Assembly (NCBI GenBank): GCA_963745075.1
Contig: CAVUWV010000022.1
Location: forward strand, 1-30,470
From: Candidatus Hydrogenedentota bacterium
GTDB lineage: Bacteria; Hydrogenedentota; Hydrogenedentia; Hydrogenedentales; SLHB01
DNA: 30,470 nt
Direction of reading: 5' to 3'
Shown here: piece by piece, positions 1-9,311 of the stretch
Layout of the letters: each line of letters begins with the position of its first letter
How positions within the stretch are numbered: position 1 is the stretch's first letter
Notes under the pieces: generated by a model
Databases searched by the model: none
Seen by the model: the letters and a program-made list of their open reading frames with translations, nothing else
Told to the model about the DNA's origin: nothing
Position numbers and translations under genes: made by a program

Positions 1-1416
1 CAACTCACAATCGCTACACGCCCAGCGATAAGCGACAACAACGGCACAAGTGTGAGCGGAATACAGATAGACAACAACAGGGCCGACCCCAATATGGTAT
101 CGCCCAATCCGGAAAAGTACCCAAAGCCCACGGCACCAGCGATGCAAGCCGCACCAACGCTCGGAAAGATCATGAATACGGTTGGCGACACTGCGAAAAC
201 ACGGTAAAGGAGGATGACTGCTACGGCAAGGGCAAGCAACTCGCCAGCTAAACCACTGATGGCGAACCACTGCAAGGGAAGTTGAAAGAACGCAACACCT
301 ATCATAAAAGCTAACGCAATACTTCGCACGATGTGGCGTACATTTGGATTCTCGTATCCCCGAGTGCCATTGCAGCCTGGCTGGGCACAGTCCGAGTAAG
401 ACGCACGGATTGCATTACACCGAGCCATCCCACAATCATCGCCGCACCGCGATATTTCTCTCCGTAAACTACAAGAATTATTTCTTGCCCAGCGATCACC
501 ATGGTTAGCGCGATGCCGCTGCGACCATGGTGAGAACCCCCGTGCTCTTCCGCAACGCGTTAGCGAACTCGATCGTATCGTCCCTTCGCTGGGCCAAACA
601 GGGAAGCAGGATTGAAGCATTGACTTTCGCGACTGCCAGCACCGGGATCATCGTCAAGCTGAGAGCTATGGAATAGACTGCAAGCTCACTTGGTCCGCGT
701 GTGCTTCCGATAATCATACGGTCCCCCTGAAAGATTCCGAACATCAACAATCCGTTTATGGCCAAGGGCCAGCCGAACTGGATCATGCGGCCAGCAAATG
801 CCCTATTCCACTGGAGTCGATAGCGGCTTTTCGCAACGGCATGACTGACCAATACCGTGGTCGACACCTGTGCGAGCAAAAGCCAGACCATCATTGAATA
901 ATTGCGGAGCCAACTCGCCAACGGTATTGCCGCAAGCAACATTGCAGCCTGTGTGACAAATTCAACGATAACGTCTCTGCTATAATTCATTTCCCGATGG
1001 AGGCGCTTTGGGTCCAGATGGGAAAGGCCACGAACCAACGGAACGATCGCAATGACTTGAAATCCCCACAAGGCCTGAGGAATTCCGAAAAGGCGAGACA
1101 TAGGCCATGCAAGGAGGAACATGATTATTGAAAGTATCAGACCGCGCAAAAGTTGAAAGGATTGCGCTGTTGCTTGAAATTCCGGGTCGTCACCATCTTT
1201 TGCTTGAACCAGGAGCCGATCCACGGATAAGTCACTCGTCATTTCGAGTAAATTAATAGCTATGACGAAGGTTATGGCAATTCCGTAGTCATCTGGACTT
1301 ATAAGGCGGGCAATTACAATATTCCGCGCAAAGGACATGGCCTGGCACAGTACTTGGCCCACGACAAGGACCCCGACGCCCCGAACCACTTTATTTTGAA
1401 GAGGTAGTATTCGCAT
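1..1416 (-). pseudogene. wzx: Oligosaccharide flippase (Wzx), copy 2; two frameshifts as sequenced, runs off the window edge
   Basis: ORF 505..1416 (ARLISPDDYG, FGWPLAINGLL, multi-TM) continues after a frameshift near 517 (GIALTMVIAGQ...VYGEKY) and another near 333 (IVRSIALAFMIGVAFFQLPLQWFAISGLAGELLAL..., open to base 1). Collinear with the flippase at 21492-22946. Confidence 0.85.
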
Positions 1417-1452
1417 CTTTCTTCGCTGGCCTCAAAACAATAACCGCATCTT

Positions 1453-2148
1453 TTAGCCCATGACGTTAACGAATTCATTTCGCCACGGAGATCGCCGCAA
1501 AGCTCGAATGTTCTTGAACAGACAGCGCTTTCTGAGCTTCGAATCGATTCGGGAAAGTTGGTGCCAGCCCAGTTTTGACACAATTGCAGCCTCGTGCGCT
1601 CGATATCTGTCACTCCGGTAGCAATAGGCGGTCAGCGCACGGTTCGGATGGGTGATCTCGTCGAAGTTCTCGATCACTGGTCTATTTGGAGTGCGCACCA
1701 GAGACGAATCCCTGTGATAGACCAGACCGCTCACTTGAGCTAGACCCTGGCGCCATTCGTTCCCGCGCTCGAGAAACATACGTATCAATTCGAGAAACGT
1801 CTGTTCGCCCTCTCCGATGCAGCCGACATCCATACTTGCCGGCATGCAACCGGGTACTGCAGCGATGTGCGCGCCTCCAATGATCACCACCGCGCCGGCC
1901 GCCTTTGCCTGGCGGGCATACGTGCAAGCCAAATCAAAATTCTGCGTTACCGAACTTATCGCAACAATATCAGGTTTCCAGTTCTTTAGCTCCCGGCCCA
2001 ACCGATAATGTGCATAACGAAACTCTATGATGCCTGGCCCCAGGAACTTCTCTACATAGGCAGCCAGATAACCTGGCCAGAGTGGAGGATATCTGTTTTC
2101 AACCTCCGACTGACGATGTATCGCACTAACGAAAAGTATTCGTAGCAT
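1453..2148 (-). pseudogene. B12-binding domain protein of class B radical SAM type, lacking the radical SAM core
   Basis: YPPLWPGYLAAY, PDIVAISS, IIGGAHI, IGEGEQTF and VSGLVY motifs. No CxxxCxxC follows FDEITHPNRAL. SD-like GAGGAG lies upstream. Confidence 0.75.
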
Positions 2149-2265
2149 CGCCGAATATCTCCCCTCCTCATCATGCCAACCGCTGCAATCAGGCCCCTTT
2201 CAGGATGGGCTTTTTAGTGAACAACGTATGGCGCTGTCACGATTCGAACAAGTCCTCGTCCAGAC

Positions 2266-3473
2266 TTAAACATCCCGTTCCCGCACCTTCCGGCTGGTAC
2301 GGGGCACCCTTTGACTCTGGGAGAGTCTATCAACGAGTTCGTAGTAGCGCTGCTTGTGTCGGGTCCAGCTATACGTGTCGGCCATCTGCTGGGCGCCAAC
2401 TGAAAGACGTTCACACAGGTCTTCGGTTATTGACAAGATCCAACATCGCTTTGGCGAGGCTTTCCTCATCACCCGAATCAAAGAAGTAGATGGAGTTGTC
2501 ATCGAAGTAGTACGTGTCAATGGCCGTTCTCGCGGCCAATACGGGTACTCCGAGAGACATGAACTCCAATATTTTGGTGCTAAACGCTTCATTGCCGAAC
2601 GTGTCTGCCCTTTTGGGGACTATTCCAACATTGGCGTTGGCCATCCGATCTGCGATTTCGCGAATGGGCAGGAAATCGCGAAAACTCACCCGGTCGCTCA
2701 CTTCCAAGTGCTTCGCAAGAGTTTCCAGACTGGCACGTTCTGTGCCGTCTCCATAAATTTCGAGCCGCGCCATTGGCGCGTTGGGGGCAATCGCGGCGAG
2801 TGCGCGAATCGCGATATCCAGGCCTTGGTGCCAGCTCAAGGTTCCGGGGTACATGAACACAAACCGGTTTTCGGAAAGATGCCTTACCCGTGGGGCAAAG
2901 ATATCCTGGTCGGGATAATTCAAGAAGACGGAACATTTGTCCGCGCCAACCGACCTGGCCTGCAAGCGCTCGCCCCAAATATCGTTGGCAGCGATAACAT
3001 GGTCAGAGAATCTTGTCGAAAGCCTCTCCATAAGCAGCAACATTTTGTAGGCCAGAGAATCGTGGCCCAACTTGAATTTACTTAAATACAATTCAGGCAC
3101 AATGTCATGTATGTCCAAAACACATTTGGCGCCAAGGAATTTGGGAATCAATGCTGCAAAGACCTCAAAGTCGGGGACGGAGTGCACGTGAATCACATCA
3201 TACTTTTTTCGAAGATGTCTGCTGGTAACAAAGAAGGCGGACCCGCAAAAAACGCCAGCATTTTACGAGATAGGAAAAAGGAGATCGTTCGTTAATGGTT
3301 CGACGCTGCACCCGATAGACGTTTACCCCGTTTATAACCTCATATTTGGTCTGGTCCCTCTTTCAAATCGCCACAACATCGACGTGATCCCCTCGCGACA
3401 CGAGTGCGTCCGCATACCGCATCACACGATTGTCATTTTCGTAGTTCGTATACGCCAGCATACATACTCGCAT
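2266..3473 (-). pseudogene. Glycosyltransferase family 4 with three lesions as sequenced
   Basis: Starts MRVCMLAYTNYENDNRV at 3473. In-frame TGA at 3363-3365, then KRDQTKYEVINGVNVYRVQ; frameshift ~3247-3264; core HVHSVPDF...YPGTLSWHQGLD...EAFSTKILEFMSLGVPV; frameshift ~2425; tail EDLCERLSVGAQQMADTYSW...TAA 2266. Confidence 0.85.
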
Positions 3474-3538
3474 AAAATACTTTTCCCCAATCCTTCGTCC
3501 AAGACCACTACCTTGCCTCGCAGAAACGTTCGCGGAGG

Positions 3539-4561
3539 TCACGGATATCTCTTCACGATCACCGGGCCCAAGACCCGCGCTACCTGCGCGGGAAGACATC
3601 TCCAGGCGGTCTGTGCGATTCTCCTCTTTGTGCCTCGCTTTACCCGAAACTCGGTACTGCCTCCGAGATTCGGGAAGTACTGGTAATAATACGTATAAGC
3701 CTTTCCGCCCCAGGCTCGCCGGTAAGGCTCCGCTTCCTCGGTGACCGGAATGCGACCCGAGTGGAAGATTTGCATTCCTTCCCGAGCAAAGTGCTCAATC
3801 AGCCTCCAATAAAGTATATAAGGCGGATGGGTTTCGGTTACCGATGGATTGACGCAGGTAAACGGGAACGAAATGGTGTCTTTGAATTCCTTTACCATCG
3901 TTCCGCAGAGAATTTGCGCGTCGCGCATCAGTATCGCCATCGAGTACATGCCGCAACCCACGAGGTCCGCTATCCATTCTTTGCTTGCGCAAGGAATGCC
4001 GCGTTTGTGGTGGTATTGCAGAAGCAGCTTGTAAAACGCGTCGATATCACGCCATGGGTACTCGAGAACGAGACTCCGATTGGCGCCCTTTTCGACTTCT
4101 CGGCGCGTTTCCTCGGGCAAGGATTCGAAAAGGCGGACCGTGTCCCCCGTCAAGGAAAGTTCGCGGTTATAGTAGTTCGTGTCCGTTAGCAGATCTGCCT
4201 CGACGCACGTCTTGTACTGTTTCAAGACGATTCGGCCGGCGCCGTGCTCTTTCATCAGATCCTTCGCCCTATTGAGAAGCGATTCCGAAGCATCTGGGCA
4301 GTCCGCCACTATTCCGCCCGCGACCGCGTAAGGGACTGAAATAAGGTTGCTCGCTCCACGTTTTGCGGGCACGCGATAGAGTGGGAGAATGCCGCATATT
4401 TGACCGGCTTCGTACGCGGCAATGGGGTAGAATGTTGCCGTGTAGTGTTTCTTTACAACGTCGCTCCAAGCGTAGCTTTGCCAGGCAATCGCTCCGGGCT
4501 GGCCTTCAATGTAGGCTTCCCACTCGTCATACTGGTCTCGATTAACAATAACAGTATCCAT
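3539..4561 (-). CDS. FemAB-related GNAT-fold protein (type found in PEP-CTERM/exosortase EPS loci)
   Basis: WEAYIE...WQSYAW...GILPL...LISVPYAVAGGI; RREVEKG; YILYWRLIE...FHSGR; C-terminal WRCLP...LGP. Confidence 0.8.
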   Translation of the reverse strand: MDTVIVNRDQYDEWEAYIEGQPGAIAWQSYAWSDVVKKHYTATFYPIAAYEAGQICGILPLYRVPAKRGASNLISVPYAVAGGIVADCPDASESLLNRAKDLMKEHGAGRIVLKQYKTCVEADLLTDTNYYNRELSLTGDTVRLFESLPEETRREVEKGANRSLVLEYPWRDIDAFYKLLLQYHHKRGIPCASKEWIADLVGCGMYSMAILMRDAQILCGTMVKEFKDTISFPFTCVNPSVTETHPPYILYWRLIEHFAREGMQIFHSGRIPVTEEAEPYRRAWGGKAYTYYYQYFPNLGGSTEFRVKRGTKRRIAQTAWRCLPAQVARVLGPVIVKRYP

Positions 4562-4566
4562 AACTC

Positions 4567-6018
4567 TTACGAACCCGTACGTTGTGCCTCGTTGACCACC
4601 ATCTGGTACTTACCCGATGTCTCAGGATCGATTGCAGAAACATAATTGAAAGTGACTTGGGCGCGTTCACCTAGATTCAGCCGGAGGAAGGTACGAAGGT
4701 GATCCTCCGTCCTGTCGGAGTAACCAATCCCCTTTACAATGCGGACTCGCAAGTCCTTCTCTTTCGTGTATATCACTTGAAACCGCTGCACGGCTCCCGC
4801 CAAGTCGACGTTCATGAATGTCCGGCACCAGAAATTGGGTGAAATCATGCGGCCGTCTTTGGTCCTGAAGATCTCCCCCGTCCTGCCGAGAAGTTGCCCG
4901 AACACGCCAAGCGTGCGACCGCAGGAACACGATTTCCCGGAAAGGAAGCCTATATCGCCCATGCGATACCGAATGAACGGCATGGGACTTACACTAAGGG
5001 TTGTTACCAGGATCTCTCCGGATTCCTCACCGTTTCCGCTATGGCTATCATCCACTTCCACCAATAGCGATTCTTCGTTAAGATGATACTTGCCCGCCGG
5101 GCAACGGCCCGCGACATGCCCGACCTCCCGGCTTCCATATACGTTGGTCACCGGGCATCGGAAGGCTTCCGCGATGACCCGTTCCTCGTGTTCATAAAGG
5201 GGGGCGGCCCAACCGATGGCCATTTTTGGGCGAAATCCGTCAAACGATTCACCGGTAGCTAACATGTACCGCGCAACCTCCGCCAGCGCCGAAGTGAATC
5301 CCCAGATCACGGATGGACGAAAGCGATTGAGTGCGGCAAGGCACAATTCACAATCTTTGGTCTGTAAGTTGACTCCGGGGAGAAGCAATTGCCCCCATAG
5401 CAATCTTCTAAACCGGATCGAACGCGAGCGGATATCGAAATCCGTCGACATCCTCGCCAAGCGCGCCTCCCGCTCCCCCGGTTCAACGCCGAACCACTTC
5501 CGCAAACGCAGGTCGTGCGCCCAGTTCAAGGCGGTAGCCGACCCATCCTCGAAAAAGACCGTCGGCCAGCCCGTCGAGCCACTTGACGTATTTCGTACCA
5601 GCTTATTGCGACGAATGCGCGCAAGGAACATGGGTTGTCCCGGTCCCTGGCCCGACCGTTCCGCATTTTCGATTTCGCGCTGCCGTTTGGAATCCACCAT
5701 TTGTCGGTGGTGGTCGATCACGTCCTGCCGTGACACCGGTGGAATCGAGACAACGTCGTCCAACGTTTTAATGTCTTCGGCATCCAGTCCAATCGCACGA
5801 AAACGATCGGCATAGAAGGGTATTCGCTCGCCTGCGAATTTTACGAGAGCCCGCAACCGCGATAGCTGAAGCTCACGGATCTGGTCGCGGGGCATTCTTT
5901 CTGAACTGCAAAGTTGTTTGTAGTTCTGAAGGATATTTCGCCGGTTGAACGAATAGTTCGTTACGGGAAAGGCAATCCGTCCGGTCACAAAGGTTTCTAT
6001 TTTGTTCGCCATACTCAT
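4567..6018 (-). CDS. Phenylacetate-CoA ligase family (PaaK/CapK-like) adenylate-forming enzyme
   Basis: TSSGSTG loop, YGSRE, PFIRYRMGD, GRTGE, SGKY. Start moved to ATG 6018, which overlaps the restored GNAT stop (ATGA). Confidence 0.88.
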   Translation of the reverse strand: MSMANKIETFVTGRIAFPVTNYSFNRRNILQNYKQLCSSERMPRDQIRELQLSRLRALVKFAGERIPFYADRFRAIGLDAEDIKTLDDVVSIPPVSRQDVIDHHRQMVDSKRQREIENAERSGQGPGQPMFLARIRRNKLVRNTSSGSTGWPTVFFEDGSATALNWAHDLRLRKWFGVEPGEREARLARMSTDFDIRSRSIRFRRLLWGQLLLPGVNLQTKDCELCLAALNRFRPSVIWGFTSALAEVARYMLATGESFDGFRPKMAIGWAAPLYEHEERVIAEAFRCPVTNVYGSREVGHVAGRCPAGKYHLNEESLLVEVDDSHSGNGEESGEILVTTLSVSPMPFIRYRMGDIGFLSGKSCSCGRTLGVFGQLLGRTGEIFRTKDGRMISPNFWCRTFMNVDLAGAVQRFQVIYTKEKDLRVRIVKGIGYSDRTEDHLRTFLRLNLGERAQVTFNYVSAIDPETSGKYQMVVNEAQRTGS

Positions 6019-6655
6019 ACGCGCACGCGCCGGTACGTCCGACGCTCCCATCCAAGAATCCTTTCGTAAGACACGTCTACAAATTCCTTGAATCCCACCG
6101 ATCGTGCGAGTCGTAACGACGCGGTATTGTTCGCCAGAGCCCCCCGTACAGTCGCTTATGGCCGCGATGTTGCAGTTCCCGAAGGACCCCGAATCTCAGT
6201 TGTTTGGCCAGGCCCATCTTCCGGTATGCCTTTTTGACACCAATATGTTCGGACCAGGCTTCGCCCCGCCGCATGCGCCGTCGCATATTGATTAGCGGAA
6301 TATACGCGTCTCGAAGATTAATCAGGTTAAACCCAGCGACCTCTTCATTCGCGAAGGCGCCGAGGCAGAAGTCCCCTCTCTTCAATCTTCCGGCTACTTG
6401 TCCAGTCAGCCACTCAGCCATATCTTCAACCTGCTCGATGGAGTCTCTGTCGCTCTTCTCGATGAATCTGAATTCTATGGTATCCGCGACGGGTTCGTTC
6501 CACGTTCGGTCCTGACAGTCAATTTTGTAAATGCGATAGACCCGCCGCTCGTAGATGGAACCAACGAGACGGGCACAACTCTTCCGAAGCGCGATTTGCC
6601 ACCCGTAATCCTGGATGTTGCGCTGAAGTTTACGTATGGGTCGTGCAAATGCCAC
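6015..6655 (-). CDS. GNAT family N-acetyltransferase; one-base frameshift in a G6 run as sequenced
   Basis: Motif A-like VKKAYRKMGLAKQL. Adding one G at 6140-6145 gives YGGALANNTASLRLARSVGFKEF...RVRV-TGA (6015-6017), restoring the N-x-x-S-L...GF motif. Confidence 0.8.
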
Positions 6656-8150
6656 TGGTGCTTTCCCCCGTGATGTCTTCCGGTATCGGCCGGCTCAACT
6701 CTACGTGCCCCTTCCAATTGGGATGGGGCTCGAAGTGAAGATCGTATTCCTGCTGTAACTGCTCGATGGACAAATCCCGGTTGCCAACGCGGGCACATAC
6801 ATCCGATCGTTCGCCTCGAAATATCGGCCGAGAATGGGTACTATCTTCGAGACCTTTTTGGACCAACGGTATTTTGGCGAGGTCGAATCCCATGAGCGTC
6901 GAGGCGACACAATCCACCGCGACGGGGTTATGGCCGGCAAGCAGCACCCCTGCGGGAACCGGATCGGGCGACACAGGCCCATCCTTCTCGCCCCCTATAA
7001 TTCCGTCCACAATACAAAGGTACGTACGCTGCGGCGTGTCACAAAGCTTACCCTTGCGATCGGAGTAGAGTGCTGCGCGATTGAGATCGAGGAGGGTACG
7101 CCAAAGTGTGTCATTGCCGTACCACATCGCTTCGTAGATGTCGTCTTTGAACGGCACGATTTTGTGGGAATTCCAAAGCAGTTTTTTCGTAACGGCGTAT
7201 ACGAACTTGGCCGGAATCCACGGGACTGTCTGGATCTGGTCATGAAGCATCGTGCAAACACGTTTTCGCCACGAAGGGTGAATATACTGGTCGCCACCCT
7301 CCGATGGTGCGCCGGTAATGAAATGCGGCAGACTATCTTTGAGAGCGGGTAATCCCATAAAGTTCTTAATTGCCACGGTAATCGCCGTTCGGCGGTGCGT
7401 TTTGAGCTTTGCTATGTTGATAACGGCATCGCTCTCAAGGACCGAATTTGGGAAGAGGTATTCGTGGCGTCCCTTTGAATGATGCCGATACATTTCCTTG
7501 TAGCTGGCAATGGCGATCCGGAGTCGTTTGGGGTCTATGTCGCGGAAATAGCTATCATCGCCCAAGTCCACGAACGTGTACCCCCTCGGATCCTGTTCGA
7601 TGCGCTTGCGTCCCCATTTCCCATACATCCACGTCCGAATGGACCGGTTGATCCGGAGGTCAATACACTCAATCGACACCTCAGTCTGCTGGCGATACCA
7701 ATCGAGAAGCTTGTCGAATTGGGACGCGACCAGCGCCTTGTCGAACTCTCCTTCGGTCACCTGGGAATCACCAATGATAATTCGACCCCTTCCGTTCAGC
7801 GCGATACACACGTAGTCGAGCACGGGCCGGAGAACGGATGCGTGGATGATGACGGAAAGGACATCTTTCCCTGCCAGGTGATAATGACGCACGGTGTTGG
7901 GCTTAATGAATACCGTCATTCCCGGCTTTACCACTTCATGGAACGGGTTCCACGCCGGCGATCCAAAGTTCTCCGCGTCGAGCCCCAGGCTTGCAAGGGT
8001 ATCACGCACTCCCGCGTAAACATGGTTTTCGGGGGCGACCTCCGTACCTCGGTACTCCGGGTACCGCTCCGGAGGATGAAACGGGCTCTTGGAAGGGTAG
8101 TGTCTGAGGCCGGTTAACGCGACACTCACCTCGTTATTATCAAGTCCCAT
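6630..8150 (-). CDS. DUF362 domain-containing protein
   Basis: VFIKPN, IIIGDS, DAVINIAKLKTH, AIKNFMG, IVDGIIGGE.DGP and NPVAVDCVASTLMGFD motifs; intact 506 aa ORF. Confidence 0.8.
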   Translation of the reverse strand: MGLDNNEVSVALTGLRHYPSKSPFHPPERYPEYRGTEVAPENHVYAGVRDTLASLGLDAENFGSPAWNPFHEVVKPGMTVFIKPNTVRHYHLAGKDVLSVIIHASVLRPVLDYVCIALNGRGRIIIGDSQVTEGEFDKALVASQFDKLLDWYRQQTEVSIECIDLRINRSIRTWMYGKWGRKRIEQDPRGYTFVDLGDDSYFRDIDPKRLRIAIASYKEMYRHHSKGRHEYLFPNSVLESDAVINIAKLKTHRRTAITVAIKNFMGLPALKDSLPHFITGAPSEGGDQYIHPSWRKRVCTMLHDQIQTVPWIPAKFVYAVTKKLLWNSHKIVPFKDDIYEAMWYGNDTLWRTLLDLNRAALYSDRKGKLCDTPQRTYLCIVDGIIGGEKDGPVSPDPVPAGVLLAGHNPVAVDCVASTLMGFDLAKIPLVQKGLEDSTHSRPIFRGERSDVCARVGNRDLSIEQLQQEYDLHFEPHPNWKGHVELSRPIPEDITGESTSGICTTHT

Positions 8151-8243
8151 GAAAAACTCTGCGCCTCCGTGAAAGGGGCGTAACCCAATCGAGGGTTGCC
8201 CTCGTTGCGGTCTTCGCCCGAAACCTTCTGTTATAAAACTGAA

Positions 8244-9260
8244 TCACACCTCGACGACGGTTCTTTTAATTCCAAACATTGTCGGCTGTTGTGAGAGAAG
8301 ACCATTCCTTTTCCACATCTTAAAATCTTCTTCTTTATGTCTATATCTAGCCCAAAATCGGGCGACATCCCGCGGAAGCGCGTGCCAAAACTGGCCGGTA
8401 TAGCGATTTTGCACATACTCCAAGAAATCTGCGTAAAGTTGCGCGTCGTAGTCCCAATACATCCGGCGACGGTCCCCAAAGTTCATATAGTCCGGATGCG
8501 TAATCAATAACACCATCCCACCGCGTTCGGCGATCCAATCCACTTTCTTCTTCCAGATGTCGATATTCTTGCGTCGAAGAATACTGAACAGCTTCCAGTC
8601 CTGGGTCAGGGTGTACGGCATTTCCACATAGCCAGCCCGGTCCTCCTTCGGCGGAATCCATAGAGGGAAAACCCTCTCAAGTCCGTCCGACTGTGGTTGA
8701 AACGGGTCCGTGTCGAACGTAGACGCGTCGTATTCAATTTCAAGTTCTCTGACCCAGTCGAGGCTATGGTGCATCGCCGGCGAACGGAACCCACATGCGT
8801 TCCACTCCTTCAATATCCGGTTAATTTCCTTTGCGCGGTCATTAAAGACTTCACGCGAAGAATACAGACGTCCGTCGTGGAACAGTCCGTGTACGCCGAC
8901 CTCAAAACCCCGCGATACTAATCCCTCTCGAACCGTTTTTGGCGTGTCATACCGGCGCGGAACGAAGTAGAACGCCGAGCGCAGACCTTGTTTCTCTTCA
9001 ATTTGGCTCACTTTGTCGCAATAATCCAGCCCGCGCTGCCATTCCACGTCGTGCGTCAGAACGAGCGCGAATCTCTTGTCCTCCGGCCAACCGTTCCATC
9101 CGACCGGCAACGCACCCGCTTTCTCGTGTATGGGCCACTGCTTACGATAAAGCCGGGCAAAAATCTGTGCGCGAACTTGGCGAATATGAAACTCGACCCT
9201 CTTGGGCAAAACAGATTTCAATCGATAATAGAACCGCATTCGACTCAAGTGTGTTGCCAT
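8244..9260 (-). CDS. Polysaccharide deacetylase family protein
   Basis: LTHDVE, EVGVHGLFH, GFRSP, YDAS and ITHP motifs of a CE4-like fold. Confidence 0.8.
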   Translation of the reverse strand: MATHLSRMRFYYRLKSVLPKRVEFHIRQVRAQIFARLYRKQWPIHEKAGALPVGWNGWPEDKRFALVLTHDVEWQRGLDYCDKVSQIEEKQGLRSAFYFVPRRYDTPKTVREGLVSRGFEVGVHGLFHDGRLYSSREVFNDRAKEINRILKEWNACGFRSPAMHHSLDWVRELEIEYDASTFDTDPFQPQSDGLERVFPLWIPPKEDRAGYVEMPYTLTQDWKLFSILRRKNIDIWKKKVDWIAERGGMVLLITHPDYMNFGDRRRMYWDYDAQLYADFLEYVQNRYTGQFWHALPRDVARFWARYRHKEEDFKMWKRNGLLSQQPTMFGIKRTVVEV

Positions 9261-9311
9261 TTACCAACTTCCTACCACGGCGCCCTGACGGGGCCTGCGT
9301 GGTGTAACCAT

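Noticed and set aside
2191..2216. Hairpin with T-run resembling a terminator
   Set aside because: The stem is weak and the T-run is on the plus strand, opposite to operon transcription.
3363..3365. TGA recoding (alternative genetic code or selenocysteine)
   Set aside because: TGA is a true stop elsewhere, including ATGA overlaps at 6015 and 13605; TGG is used for Trp; GT4 is not a known selenoprotein family.
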